From IMG/VR virus record IMGVR_UViG_3300027278_000003: DNA of 64,000 nucleotides; one strand, written 5' to 3'. Both the position numbers and the translations under genes were made by a program. Below, piece by piece: positions 43,549 through 53,708 of the stretch. The notes beneath the pieces were generated by a model. The model did no database searches and was not told the DNA's origin. It worked only from the letters and a program-made list of their open reading frames with translations. This stretch comes from a virus. Its lineage: Duplodnaviria > Caudoviricetes. How positions within the stretch are numbered: the first letter of the stretch is position 1; each line of letters opens with the position of its first letter.

Positions 43549-43640
43549 TAGACGAAGCCCCTTCTGAGTTAGTAGTTGGCCCGCCGGGCAATACAACTCA
43601 GAGGTCTTCTAATAGATAATGGGGCATAGACCCCATACAT
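43549..43640 (+). ncRNA. second putative structured small RNA
   Basis: TAAATA at 43530; TTCTGAGTT/AACTCAGAG rod capped by GCCC-GCC-GGGC; ATGGGG/CCCCAT hairpin. Confidence 0.45.
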
Positions 43641-43712
43641 TCTATAGGTATTATCGTTTTGGCGAACGAGGGAAATAAAAATTCAATGCAAGCGGATGTA
43701 ATCTGCATTGAC

Positions 43713-43741
43713 AATCTTCGCCATTTAGATTATATTAATAG
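43713..43741 (+). promoter_or_regulatory. sigma70 promoter of putA
   Basis: TTGACA-N17-TATATT. Confidence 0.65.
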
Positions 43742-43755
43742 TAATTGAGGCGAAT

Positions 43756-46608
43756 ATGAAGTGTTATCCACATAATGAGTATTACAGAGTTGAGGAAGCG
43801 GAGATACTTCCTAAACTAATTTTGGCTACACGAATTGCCAAGACTGAAAGAGAACAAATTCTTGCAGCGGCAACTGAAATACAGTCAAAATTAAATGAAA
43901 CTCACTATGTTCACAAAGTTATGAAAGCGTACAATCTGTCTGGTACAGAGGGTATGGCACTTATGACATTGTGCGAAGCACTTCTACGCACACCAGATGT
44001 TGAAACCCGCGACAAACTTATCAAAGAAAAACTAAGCCGCGCACAGTGGAATCAGATTGCAGAAAATTCATTCTATGCAACAATCTCAGGTATCGCATTG
44101 ACAAAAGCACAGAGTTTTGCAGCATATGACACTGTTGTGAAGCGCATGGGTTGGCCAACAGTAAGAACGATGGTCGAAGAAGTAGTCAAAGTGATGGGCA
44201 CCATCTACGTGATGGGAGAAACGATCACAAAAGCCATAAAAAAGAAACAAGTAGACTATTCTTATTCGTTTGATATGCTAGGCGAAGCAGCATTGACTTG
44301 GGAAGACGCAAATGCATATTACGAAAAGTACATTGAAGCCTCTACACAATTCAAAGATTCAATATCTGTAAAACTCAGTGCAATCCATCCACGATATGAA
44401 TTGCGTAACTATCAAGACGTTGTTCAAACCCTTGTTCCCCGCCTTGCAGCAATTGCAAGAGTGTGTGAAGAACATGGCACAACTATGTTTATTGACGCAG
44501 AAGAAAGTTACAGACTTGATCTTAGTATTATGGTACTTGAAGAACTGCTAAAGACACACCGATTTAAAAAGAAAACTATCGGATTCGCAGTACAAGCATA
44601 TCAAAAACGTGCGTTTTGGGTAATCGACACGTTAGAAAGCATTGCAAGTGAAGCATCAACACAAATTGCTGTTAGACTTGTCAAAGGTGCATATTGGGAC
44701 ACTGAAATTAAACTTGCACAACAGCAAGGATTGCACTACCCAGTATTCACACGTAAAGAATTCACAGATATTTCATATCTTGCATGTGCAAGAAAACTAA
44801 TGCAATCTAAATTCATTAGTCCAGCATATGCGACACACAATACATTCACCGTGGCAGCCATTTATCACTACAACACAGATATAGGAGGTGATTTCGAATT
44901 TCAGAAATTATATGGCATGGGGAACGGTCTATTCGACCACATAAAAGAACATTACGATGCTAGTGTTCGTGTTTATGCTCCCGTAGGTGAATATAAAGAC
45001 CTGCTTGCGTATCTTGTGCGCAGACTTCTAGAAAATGGAGCAAACACAAGTTTCGTATTTAACCAGCAAGTAGTTGATCCTTTCGTTGAAGCAAAGCAGG
45101 TAAAGGACAACTTGCCATCTTATCTAGATTTATATGGTAAGAGAAAGAATTCGAACGGATATGATCTAACTGATGTAGACAAAATCATGTCGATACCACA
45201 TTCCGAGACAGTAGATTTCATAAATCGTGAAGGATACAATTTAGAAGAGTCTCTGGCGGTATTAACGTCTAAAACGAATAGTTGGAAAGCAAAGACATTT
45301 GCAGAACGAAAGTCGGCAGTACTTGCGTATGCTGATTATCTTGAAGAACATCTAATAACCGCAGCAAAGACAATCACAGATCACGCATATAAAACATTTC
45401 CAAACTCTATCGCAGAAGTACGTGAAGGTATCGACTTCATTCGATATTATGCAGAGGTTGCGGAACAGATGTATGATACTAAAGATACTGAATTGCGCGG
45501 TTACACTGGCGAGTACAACAAAACATCATACGAAGCACGTGGAACATGGATGGTGATTTCTCCGTGGAACTTCCCATTTGCTATTATGGTTGGGCCTGTC
45601 ATTGCGGCGTTGTTGGCGGGCAATACGGTCTTAGTTAAATCTGCGCCACAGACACAAGTTGTAGCAGACATAACAATTGGATGTATGTTAGTTGTGGGTA
45701 TACCGACGGATGCAATACAATTCTGTGATCCAAATCCAAGTGAAGCAGAAAAAGCATTGCGCGATGAACGCATCAATGGAGTTACGTTTACTGGTTCGCA
45801 TCCAACAGCAAAGCGTATACAATGTGTTCTTGCCGAGCGCGATGGGCCTATCATTCCGTTCATTGCAGAAACGGGTGGTATTAACTGTATGATTGCAGAC
45901 AGCACTTGTTTGCCAGAACAATTAGTCAAAGATGTACTAGTTGGAGCATTCGACAGCGCGGGACAGCGTTGTTCTGCTACTCGCTTCTTGTTTGTACAGC
46001 GTGACAACTCTGAAATCATTCTGAAAATGCTAAAAGGCGCAATGAAAAATCTTGTGCTTGGCTTCCCCGACGATTTAAACACTGATGTGTCACGCGTTAT
46101 TGATGGCGCAGCGTATCAGCGCATACAAGAACGTATCGCAGTATTAGAAGAACATGAAACTCTTATTTCTACTAAAGGTAGAAATGGTGCAGAACTACCA
46201 AAGCTAACAGTTGCGCCAAGCGCGTATCTTGTTTCTGATTACAAGAAGTATTTTGACAAAGAAATCTTTGGTCCGCTCTTACATGTGTATGTATATGACG
46301 CAGATGAATTAGATGAAATTATAGAATTTATGAATGCTACTAAGTTTGGACTAACGCTAGGTATACATTCTCGCATTTCATCGTTGTATGAACACATTTC
46401 GTCAAAACTAAACGTAGGAAACATATACGTCAATCGTGATCAAGTTGGTGCAGTTGTAGAAACGCATCCATTTGGTGGTGTTGGACTGTCTGGCACAGGA
46501 CCAAAAGCTGGTGGACCTGATTATCTACGTTCATATGTATGGGAAAAGCATATCTGCATCAATACAACTGCTATTGGCGGCAACACTGTTCTACTTTCTT
46601 CAAAATGA
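43756..46608 (+). CDS. putA: bifunctional proline dehydrogenase / glutamate-semialdehyde (P5C) dehydrogenase
   Basis: FDMLGEAA, SVKLSA, IDAEE, RLVKGAYWD, ATHN, YLVRRLLENGAN; ALDH part FTGS, ETGG, SAGQRCSA, EIFGP, FGGVGLSGTG. Confidence 0.95.
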   Translation: MKCYPHNEYYRVEEAEILPKLILATRIAKTEREQILAAATEIQSKLNETHYVHKVMKAYNLSGTEGMALMTLCEALLRTPDVETRDKLIKEKLSRAQWNQIAENSFYATISGIALTKAQSFAAYDTVVKRMGWPTVRTMVEEVVKVMGTIYVMGETITKAIKKKQVDYSYSFDMLGEAALTWEDANAYYEKYIEASTQFKDSISVKLSAIHPRYELRNYQDVVQTLVPRLAAIARVCEEHGTTMFIDAEESYRLDLSIMVLEELLKTHRFKKKTIGFAVQAYQKRAFWVIDTLESIASEASTQIAVRLVKGAYWDTEIKLAQQQGLHYPVFTRKEFTDISYLACARKLMQSKFISPAYATHNTFTVAAIYHYNTDIGGDFEFQKLYGMGNGLFDHIKEHYDASVRVYAPVGEYKDLLAYLVRRLLENGANTSFVFNQQVVDPFVEAKQVKDNLPSYLDLYGKRKNSNGYDLTDVDKIMSIPHSETVDFINREGYNLEESLAVLTSKTNSWKAKTFAERKSAVLAYADYLEEHLITAAKTITDHAYKTFPNSIAEVREGIDFIRYYAEVAEQMYDTKDTELRGYTGEYNKTSYEARGTWMVISPWNFPFAIMVGPVIAALLAGNTVLVKSAPQTQVVADITIGCMLVVGIPTDAIQFCDPNPSEAEKALRDERINGVTFTGSHPTAKRIQCVLAERDGPIIPFIAETGGINCMIADSTCLPEQLVKDVLVGAFDSAGQRCSATRFLFVQRDNSEIILKMLKGAMKNLVLGFPDDLNTDVSRVIDGAAYQRIQERIAVLEEHETLISTKGRNGAELPKLTVAPSAYLVSDYKKYFDKEIFGPLLHVYVYDADELDEIIEFMNATKFGLTLGIHSRISSLYEHISSKLNVGNIYVNRDQVGAVVETHPFGGVGLSGTGPKAGGPDYLRSYVWEKHICINTTAIGGNTVLLSSK

Positions 46609-47213
46609 TAAACACAAGTGACGAATATGAAGTTTGGAGATATGTTGACCCAGAAGATTTATGGGTATTTGACAAACTTATTTTAGCACGTAGATTGGGA
46701 TATACCTGCGGCCCAACCGGAATACCTGTACCAAATCCTGGAGTTTATATTGTTAGGCCTTGTGTCAACGCAATGGGTCTAGGGTTAGGAACAAAACGTG
46801 TATTCATTGATAATAACACTGAACACTTGCCTGTCGGACACTTTTGGATTGAAGAATTCGATGGACCTCATTTAAGTGTTGATTATCATTGGGGAGAGCA
46901 GGTTCTTTGCGTTCAAGGGTTTAAACCACATGAAGAATTTATTCGTTGGGCAGCGTGGAGCAAAGTAGATTTTTCAAAAGAGTTACCCGACATTATTAAA
47001 CCTTTTGCAAAAAAGTATGAATGGATTAATTGTGAATTTATAGGAAACAAGGTTCTTGAAATACATTTTAGGCGTAATCCAGACTTTGATTATAATAATT
47101 CGATATTCATACCAGTCTGGAATGAAGAAATGAAAGACAATCCAAGATATAATACAATGCAGTTTATAGAATGCCCAGATGTAAACGGAAGAATAGGAGC
47201 ATTTGTTAAATAA
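46605..47213 (+). CDS. hypothetical protein, possibly ATP-grasp-like
   Basis: YIVRPCVNAMGLG..EEFDGPHLSVDY. Confidence 0.5.
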   Translation: MINTSDEYEVWRYVDPEDLWVFDKLILARRLGYTCGPTGIPVPNPGVYIVRPCVNAMGLGLGTKRVFIDNNTEHLPVGHFWIEEFDGPHLSVDYHWGEQVLCVQGFKPHEEFIRWAAWSKVDFSKELPDIIKPFAKKYEWINCEFIGNKVLEIHFRRNPDFDYNNSIFIPVWNEEMKDNPRYNTMQFIECPDVNGRIGAFVK

Positions 47214-47276
47214 TACTTGTAAATTGTATTATAATAGTGTATTATGAAATATAACCTAAAACAATAAGAGGACATA

Positions 47277-47684
47277 ATGACAAAACAAGTTGATCTAAAC
47301 GCATACCGTGATTTCGTTGCAGAAGTAACGAGTGATGCAAGTAATGAGCTAGAAGTAATGATTGCACGACTTCGTGAACTAAACGAAACTGTGAATATCT
47401 CACTCCTAATGACAGGTGCGATTGGTATGAGTGCAGAAGGTGGCGAGTTTGCAGAAGTTGTCAAGAAATGTGTATTCCAAGGTAAACCAATGAACGACGA
47501 AACAGTCTTTCATATGAAGCGTGAACTTGGTGACATTGCTTGGTATTTTGTGAATGCGTGTCGTGCGATTGGTGAAGACCCAAATGAAGTGATTGCAGAG
47601 AATGTGCGTAAACTCGAAGCACGTTATCCCGGTGGATCATTTGATGCATTCTATTCAGAAAATCGCAAAGACGGCGATCTATAA
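47277..47684 (+). CDS. mazG: MazG-like nucleotide pyrophosphohydrolase
   Basis: EGGEFAEVVKK..ELGDIAWY..NVRKLEARYP. Confidence 0.85.
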   Translation: MTKQVDLNAYRDFVAEVTSDASNELEVMIARLRELNETVNISLLMTGAIGMSAEGGEFAEVVKKCVFQGKPMNDETVFHMKRELGDIAWYFVNACRAIGEDPNEVIAENVRKLEARYPGGSFDAFYSENRKDGDL

Positions 47685-47711
47685 TAACATTAAATAAAAT
47701 AGAAAATAGCA

Positions 47712-49076
47712 ATGGAAGAAAAAAGCAAAACGTGGTGCCTTGCACCTTGGACCGAACTGGCTATAAAAGAATACCGTGATGGGAAACTTACATCTGCATG
47801 GCCATGTTGTATGATGGGCAACTATGGAGAGCTTAATCCATTAGGCATTGATAATATTGAAAATCTGACACCAGATGAAATTTTTAATCATCCAGCCATG
47901 GAACAGTTACGACAGGACGGGTTGAATGGTGTCAGAAACCCAGCATGTAAAGTATGCTGGGATCAAGAAGATAAAGGGTTAGATTCTTTCAGGCATATGT
48001 CAAATCATGCTAGATACGGCGGGGACCATCACAACGGTAACAACATACCACATTATTCTGATAACCCAGAAGAAATGGGAATGTATGTATTAGATGTTAC
48101 CACTTCAAATAAATGCAACCTTGCGTGTAGAATGTGTACACCATCTGCAAGTGACCTTCTTGAGAAAGATACAAACTACTGGAAAGATAATGGCATTTAT
48201 GTGCAGACCTTAAATGCCATTAGAAGATGGTCCCCGTCGATGCCAGTCGGTATAGTAGGGACCTCTCAGTGGGATTGGTTGATGGAAAACACACACAAAA
48301 TAAAGGTGTTGAAGCTATCTGGTGGTGAACCATTGTACGATGAAAAAGTTGTCAGATTGCTACAAAGATACATAGACACTGGTAACGCATCAGATACCAC
48401 CCTTCATTTTCACACAAACGCAACTATTTTCAGTAAAAAGAATATAGAATTGTTGTCTAAATTTAGAATGAATGAACACGTGTTTAGTATCGATGGATGT
48501 GGGAAGACATACGAATACATCAGATATCCTATGACATTTCAGAAACTTGAACGATCTATAAAAAACTTTTTAAATTCTTCGGTGCGTAGAACATCCGTTC
48601 AACAATATAGTATGGTTGTATCCGCACTTAACGTATTGAATATCGTTGATTATACTAAATGGATAGCAAAAATTAGCTCAGAATCTAACAACTTAACCGT
48701 CAGTGAAATACATTTTGCAGAAATGTATCCATTGAACGAGCGTGGGACTTCTCTTTGTAATCTTCCAGTGCATATACTTGAACATGCATTAGAAAAAATA
48801 GAAAATTATGTTGAAGAAGCCAACAGTTTGACAGATATCTCAAATCGTTCTTACGTTATTATAATGAAAAACATTGAAAGGATGATGAATAATCCGATAA
48901 TTTCTATAAAAAATGCGATTGAACATAATACATGTACCGAGAATAATGCAAAACGAATGTTGACAGAAATAACAGCTTTTGACAAATCTCGCAACCAATC
49001 ATATCGCGACTTTTTAGATCCGATGTTAATAGAATGGTTGGATTCGATAGAAGGGTCTATAACACCTGTTCTATAA
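47712..49076 (+). CDS. radical SAM protein with N-terminal SPASM/twitch-like domain
   Basis: CLAPW..PCC..CKVCW; CNLACRMC; SGGEP; SIDG. Confidence 0.85.
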   Translation: MEEKSKTWCLAPWTELAIKEYRDGKLTSAWPCCMMGNYGELNPLGIDNIENLTPDEIFNHPAMEQLRQDGLNGVRNPACKVCWDQEDKGLDSFRHMSNHARYGGDHHNGNNIPHYSDNPEEMGMYVLDVTTSNKCNLACRMCTPSASDLLEKDTNYWKDNGIYVQTLNAIRRWSPSMPVGIVGTSQWDWLMENTHKIKVLKLSGGEPLYDEKVVRLLQRYIDTGNASDTTLHFHTNATIFSKKNIELLSKFRMNEHVFSIDGCGKTYEYIRYPMTFQKLERSIKNFLNSSVRRTSVQQYSMVVSALNVLNIVDYTKWIAKISSESNNLTVSEIHFAEMYPLNERGTSLCNLPVHILEHALEKIENYVEEANSLTDISNRSYVIIMKNIERMMNNPIISIKNAIEHNTCTENNAKRMLTEITAFDKSRNQSYRDFLDPMLIEWLDSIEGSITPVL

Positions 49077-49148
49077 ATATACATACAGAATAATAGATTT
49101 CTAGCTGATAAATACAGATAGAGATTGATATATAAGAAGGCAGGTCTA

Positions 49149-49415
49149 ATGTTTCAAGAATATAAAAGTCTCTCCGACGAAGATTTGGACTCGAAAATGG
49201 AGAGTGTCATGAAGAAAATTCAAATGGCACATAGAATGGGCCACGATGTTGCAGTAGAACAGTTACAACATTTCTTAGAAATGATGCAACTTGAACTAAT
49301 GGAACGTAGTGAGAAAATGCGATTTAAAATGATCATAGATCGCACACCAGAGTCATTAATTATTGGAGAAGACGATGACACCAATGCATCAACCGGTTCA
49401 AACAAAAAAAGTTAA
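49149..49415 (+). CDS. hypothetical protein
   Basis: Late boxes upstream. Confidence 0.6.
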   Translation: MFQEYKSLSDEDLDSKMESVMKKIQMAHRMGHDVAVEQLQHFLEMMQLELMERSEKMRFKMIIDRTPESLIIGEDDDTNASTGSNKKS

Positions 49416-49749
49416 TCACGCATTCGTATTAGATGGGACAGATGTTGAAATCACACGTTTTGTAGAATACATCGATAGTGAGTGGTTAGGCGAATGGCAA
49501 GGATTACTAAATTTCTCCGATGTGAAATTTGATATAGGTCACGACACACTAATATTAACAACAGAAAGCGTCAAAGAGAACCTAGTCAAGTTTGCAACAA
49601 AACTAAGTTTGAGATTTCCGAAAATCTTTATGATGTACGAATTCTACACAGAAGATGAAGAAGATTTTCAACAAGGAACATTTTATCTACTAGCGGGTAA
49701 AATCACAACAGAGGAAGATGAACTTCTTCCTTTCTATAATGAGGTATAA
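49375..49749 (+). CDS. hypothetical protein
   Basis: GGAG RBS. Confidence 0.55.
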   Translation: MTPMHQPVQTKKVNHAFVLDGTDVEITRFVEYIDSEWLGEWQGLLNFSDVKFDIGHDTLILTTESVKENLVKFATKLSLRFPKIFMMYEFYTEDEEDFQQGTFYLLAGKITTEEDELLPFYNEV

Positions 49750-50427
49750 ATGTCTGATTTTGTATCAGTTAACAGTTATTCTACTTTTAAAGCACAATTT
49801 AGTGCAACAGTAATTCAAAGTGCGCCAATATTATTGAGCGACACATACGAAGTTGAAGTAGATTTCCTCTGGGCGGACATGGATCCGGCCAGAGGAAATG
49901 CAGCGTTCATGAAAATGCGCTATTTCCTAGAAGATGAACTGCATCAAAGCGTTCTTACTTATCCCCAAGCACCAATGGCAGTTAATGGTATTGAGAATAA
50001 CATTGTGTTGTTCCCATTTGTACCAACTAACGACATTATTGCAATGACACTACATGCAAAGTTGAATACAATTTGCGGACAGTATATTGAAATCATCAGT
50101 GTGCGTGTCGGCAGTAAGTATGCACAACCCAATCTCATATACACTTATGCAGATGATGAATATCCAGCAATGCCATCACTAAAAGACTTTATAGGTCTTG
50201 ACACAGATGAATATTATTATGATCAACCTTGGTGGTTCAGAAGTGATGCAACTACCGGAGAATTTGACACAAGTGACGATAAGGACTTGACAGACCCACC
50301 AGAACCTGATACTATACTAGATGATATAGAAAAAATGGTCATGGGGGAATTGAAACTCCGCGACGGCGATCAAGGCGGTGAAGTAGTTGACATTAAAGGA
50401 TGGAAACCAAAAATCATTGATGATTAA
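49750..50427 (+). CDS. hypothetical protein
   Basis: 225 aa, GAGG RBS. Confidence 0.65.
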   Translation: MSDFVSVNSYSTFKAQFSATVIQSAPILLSDTYEVEVDFLWADMDPARGNAAFMKMRYFLEDELHQSVLTYPQAPMAVNGIENNIVLFPFVPTNDIIAMTLHAKLNTICGQYIEIISVRVGSKYAQPNLIYTYADDEYPAMPSLKDFIGLDTDEYYYDQPWWFRSDATTGEFDTSDDKDLTDPPEPDTILDDIEKMVMGELKLRDGDQGGEVVDIKGWKPKIIDD

Positions 50428-50935
50428 AGATCAGTACAGTAGAGTACTGGTGAGCCGGCACGACCTTTACGAAATGTTATACAATGGTGTATCTATTGAT
50501 AATATTCGTGATGTAGAATGGCATGAAGACTTTGAAAAGTACAATAATGCAATCGCTCTGAACCATCTTTCAACTCCCCTAAAGGAACCACTCAAGAAAC
50601 TCAATCTTGATGTTTCAGAATTTCATGAGTCTAAACAGCGGGAATGGTTGATACCAGAAGAATATATGCAGATGGACATATATCAATACATTTTGGATAG
50701 AACACCTGATGTAGGGTTGGAACGAGTTGAAACAGAGTTAAAATTATACGATAAATATGGTTTAATGGACATCTTACGTGTATGTGTATACATCGTAGAT
50801 ACGTTTAAAAAGAATAGACTCATGTGGGGCGTAGGAAGGGGAAGTAGTGTAGCAAGTTATGTGCTTTATGTTATCGGTATTCACCGAGTTGACAGTATTA
50901 AGTACAATCTTGATATACATGAATTTTTGAAATGA
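50420..50935 (+). CDS. truncated DNA polymerase III alpha (DnaE)-like protein
   Basis: ERVETELKLY..WGVGRGSSVASYVLYVIGIHRVDSIKYNL; only 171 aa. Confidence 0.8.
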   Translation: MIKDQYSRVLVSRHDLYEMLYNGVSIDNIRDVEWHEDFEKYNNAIALNHLSTPLKEPLKKLNLDVSEFHESKQREWLIPEEYMQMDIYQYILDRTPDVGLERVETELKLYDKYGLMDILRVCVYIVDTFKKNRLMWGVGRGSSVASYVLYVIGIHRVDSIKYNLDIHEFLK

Positions 50936-51138
50936 CAGATATAATACTTAAATTTCCTAACAGCAAACGCAGACTTACTCCTGCGGAAGAAAGCGTAGTG
51001 CGAAAGTGTGCGAACCGTATGCATATTTTATATAAAGATAACAATCCATTCGTTACAGATGAAGCAAGACAACATGCAGCAGAAAAACTGTTACGAGAAT
51101 GCATTAAAACAATATTTGAGTTGAATGAGGAAAAATAA
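50932..51138 (+). CDS. hypothetical protein
   Basis: Coupled ORF. Confidence 0.55.
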   Translation: MTDIILKFPNSKRRLTPAEESVVRKCANRMHILYKDNNPFVTDEARQHAAEKLLRECIKTIFELNEEK

Positions 51139-51587
51139 TGGCAACACATAGAAGTAACCGAGGTGTCCCATTGGATCTTGGTAAATTGATGGCACAACAA
51201 GAGAAAAACATTACTGTTGGGAACGTCAAAACAAATGCACGTGGTGATCAACTTGGTCGCGGTGGGCGTGTAGTCAAGAGTGCAGACCAAATCGCACGTG
51301 AACACTACGCAAATAACCCACCACGCGAAGTTAAGCGAACAACAATTAAAACTGACACTGCCGATGTTAAAAAAGCAGTATCAAAACCCCTTGAAGACGA
51401 TTGGGCGGAACCTGCACCAAAAGCAGATCCAATTGTTAGCAAAAAAGAAGAACCAGAAGTAGATCCAAACTTCAACACGGATGAGGCCCCATGGATCGAA
51501 GATGCCGATGGTAACTTTGTAAGAGCAAGCGAACTCGCAGAAAGACTCGAAGATGAATCCGTATCAAAATCTAAAAAAAATAAATGA
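51138..51587 (+). CDS. hypothetical protein
   Basis: GAGG RBS; VGNVKTNARGDQLG. Confidence 0.65.
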   Translation: MATHRSNRGVPLDLGKLMAQQEKNITVGNVKTNARGDQLGRGGRVVKSADQIAREHYANNPPREVKRTTIKTDTADVKKAVSKPLEDDWAEPAPKADPIVSKKEEPEVDPNFNTDEAPWIEDADGNFVRASELAERLEDESVSKSKKNK

Positions 51588-51600
51588 AGTGGTAATAGAC

Positions 51601-51939
51601 ATGCAAACACTTACTCCATTAGCAGATAAAATTATTTTAGTAAATCTTGACCATGGCGTCAAGAAATCACTAGGTGGTGTTATTCTTGCAGATGATAGCA
51701 CAACAGACGCCGGTGAACGTGGTATTCGCGCACGTTGGGCACAAGTATACGCAGCGGGTCCGGATCAAAAAGACGTTAAACGTGGCGATTGGGTTCTTAT
51801 GGATCATGGTCGTTGGAGTCTAGGGCAAGACCTTGATCTTGGCGAAGGAACATTTCGTTTTTGGCTAGGAGACCCAAATGGTATTCTTGGTTTGTCCGAG
51901 ACTATCCCAGATGGAATCGAACCAAAAGTAACTATCTAA
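51601..51939 (+). CDS. groES: GroES-like co-chaperonin
   Basis: LTPLADKIIL..KSLGGVILAD..VYAAGP..VKRGDWV. Confidence 0.85.
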   Translation: MQTLTPLADKIILVNLDHGVKKSLGGVILADDSTTDAGERGIRARWAQVYAAGPDQKDVKRGDWVLMDHGRWSLGQDLDLGEGTFRFWLGDPNGILGLSETIPDGIEPKVTI

Positions 51940-51940
51940 T

Positions 51941-52657
51941 ATGCTTGATGTTTTTTATCTAACATATAATGGCGACTATTCTCAGAAGAATTTTGACAGA
52001 ATTGTCGAATTATCTGATGGTGAAAATCGTATCACAAACGTTGCAGATATTGATGGAATCTATGCTGCACACAAACGTTGCGCGGAAATGTCAATGACGG
52101 AAAACTTCTTTGTAATCGACGGTGATGCATATCTGTTAGATGGGTTCAACATTGGTTATGATCCGAGTAATGCAAAAGACGTATATCCCGGTGTCCCCGC
52201 AACGCAATGTACGCACGTTTGGCGGGCCCGTAATCCGTATACTGATAAAGTCTATGGATATGGCGGTGTAAAAATGTTCAACGTTGGTGCGTTTGACAGT
52301 GACGATGATGATGTAGTTGATATGACTACTACCGTTGCAAAACGTGGCTTTCCATACTATGCAGTAAAGCAAGTCTCTAACATCACACAGTTTAACAATA
52401 GTCCATTCAATGCTTGGAAAGGTGCATTTCGAGAATGTGCAAAACTAGCAAGCGGTGGTATGGAATGGGGAGATGTTGAGAAGCTAAACGAGTGGAAAAC
52501 ACGAAACTATCATGCAGACTTCTATGAGCAAGTTCACACAGGCGTTCTCATGGGAGAGAAGTATGGCAGAGAACACAGAGACGACCGAGAAGCAATGAAG
52601 AAGATTAACGATTTTGAATGGTTGAAACTTTGTTTCGACAGCATGGTGAATATATGA
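51941..52657 (+). CDS. glycosyltransferase-like protein
   Basis: FFVIDGD DxD motif; YGYGGVK. Confidence 0.5.
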   Translation: MLDVFYLTYNGDYSQKNFDRIVELSDGENRITNVADIDGIYAAHKRCAEMSMTENFFVIDGDAYLLDGFNIGYDPSNAKDVYPGVPATQCTHVWRARNPYTDKVYGYGGVKMFNVGAFDSDDDDVVDMTTTVAKRGFPYYAVKQVSNITQFNNSPFNAWKGAFRECAKLASGGMEWGDVEKLNEWKTRNYHADFYEQVHTGVLMGEKYGREHRDDREAMKKINDFEWLKLCFDSMVNI

Positions 52658-52872
52658 GACGCAAACGCTTTAATCTGACTGAACAAGAAAAATCACAGTT
52701 ACGTCAGAAAAAACTAGATATGTTGATGGAAAAAGAAACAGTCTGGTTAAATGAACCATTTCACGGATACTGCGACAACTCAGATCATCCATTGTTTACA
52801 ATAAAAGTAACACTTGACAAGCAAATATGTGCATGTTATTATTGTTCTAAAGTATACATACTAAAACGTTAA
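52654..52872 (+). CDS. CHCC-type zinc-finger protein
   Basis: CDNSDHP..CYYC. Confidence 0.6.
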   Translation: MRRKRFNLTEQEKSQLRQKKLDMLMEKETVWLNEPFHGYCDNSDHPLFTIKVTLDKQICACYYCSKVYILKR

Positions 52873-52881
52873 GAGGATATT

Positions 52882-53067
52882 ATGGCAAAAGAATCTCAGC
52901 CAATAGACCATATTGTAATTGGTCTGGACGATGCAACCCCCAACACAATGCAAGAAGCAAACAAGCGCCGTTGGAAGATGTGGTCAGAATTCATGACTGT
53001 TCAACGTCTACAAATTATTCTGCTTTCTGCTATTCTGGCGGTTGAACTTGTACAGTTGCTAAAATGA
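52882..53067 (+). CDS. small protein with C-terminal hydrophobic helix
   Basis: GAGG RBS. Confidence 0.55.
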   Translation: MAKESQPIDHIVIGLDDATPNTMQEANKRRWKMWSEFMTVQRLQIILLSAILAVELVQLLK

Positions 53068-53300
53068 GCGAATGGCTGCGGCGACTAATCGCCAAACATA
53101 CTGAAAAACAATTTCAAGAAAAACGAATTGACGTTATCAATGACATGTGCTATACAAGTAGACACGATTTTGGTCTTGTCAAGAATCCAGACCGACCATT
53201 GGAAAGTGGCATGACAGAAGCAGAACGTGAGTTTCTGTGGAATGAAATGGCACAAATATTTGATAATTGTATTGCACCAAAGATGGATTTCAAAAAGTGA
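53064..53300 (+). CDS. hypothetical protein
   Basis: Coupled ORF. Confidence 0.55.
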   Translation: MSEWLRRLIAKHTEKQFQEKRIDVINDMCYTSRHDFGLVKNPDRPLESGMTEAEREFLWNEMAQIFDNCIAPKMDFKK

Positions 53301-53509
53301 AACTCCAAGTGACTGAATTTAAAATTCATGAAAATGGATATTTTGAAGAAATATTTGCAGTCAAGAAACATGCATATATTCCAAGAAAAATGTCAAGTGG
53401 TCATTGGGTCTGGAGAAAACCATACTATAGAATTTGTATCGTAAATGAACCAATGCATTTTTATGAAGGTGAATCATACACAAGCTATCAATGGATGGAT
53501 GAATCGTAA
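53297..53509 (+). CDS. hypothetical protein
   Basis: GTGA overlap. Confidence 0.5.
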   Translation: MKLQVTEFKIHENGYFEEIFAVKKHAYIPRKMSSGHWVWRKPYYRICIVNEPMHFYEGESYTSYQWMDES

Positions 53510-53559
53510 TTTGCCTATTTTACATTACTAAACGCTGATAACACAGGGAAACTATAAAG

Positions 53560-53708
53560 TGACAAGACAACTCGCAGATTTTATCACTGCTGAAATTGAT
53601 GATTTAGGTGATCTAGTGATTACTTTTGATGATAATGATGAATATTTTGAAATGAGTGTTCCTGCACGTGATGTGCTTGAAATGCTACGGGAGTTTTTTG
53701 ACGAATGA
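53560..53708 (+). CDS. small acidic protein (about 49 aa; coordinates approximate)
   Basis: GTG start, ATGA overlap with clamp loader. Confidence 0.45.
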
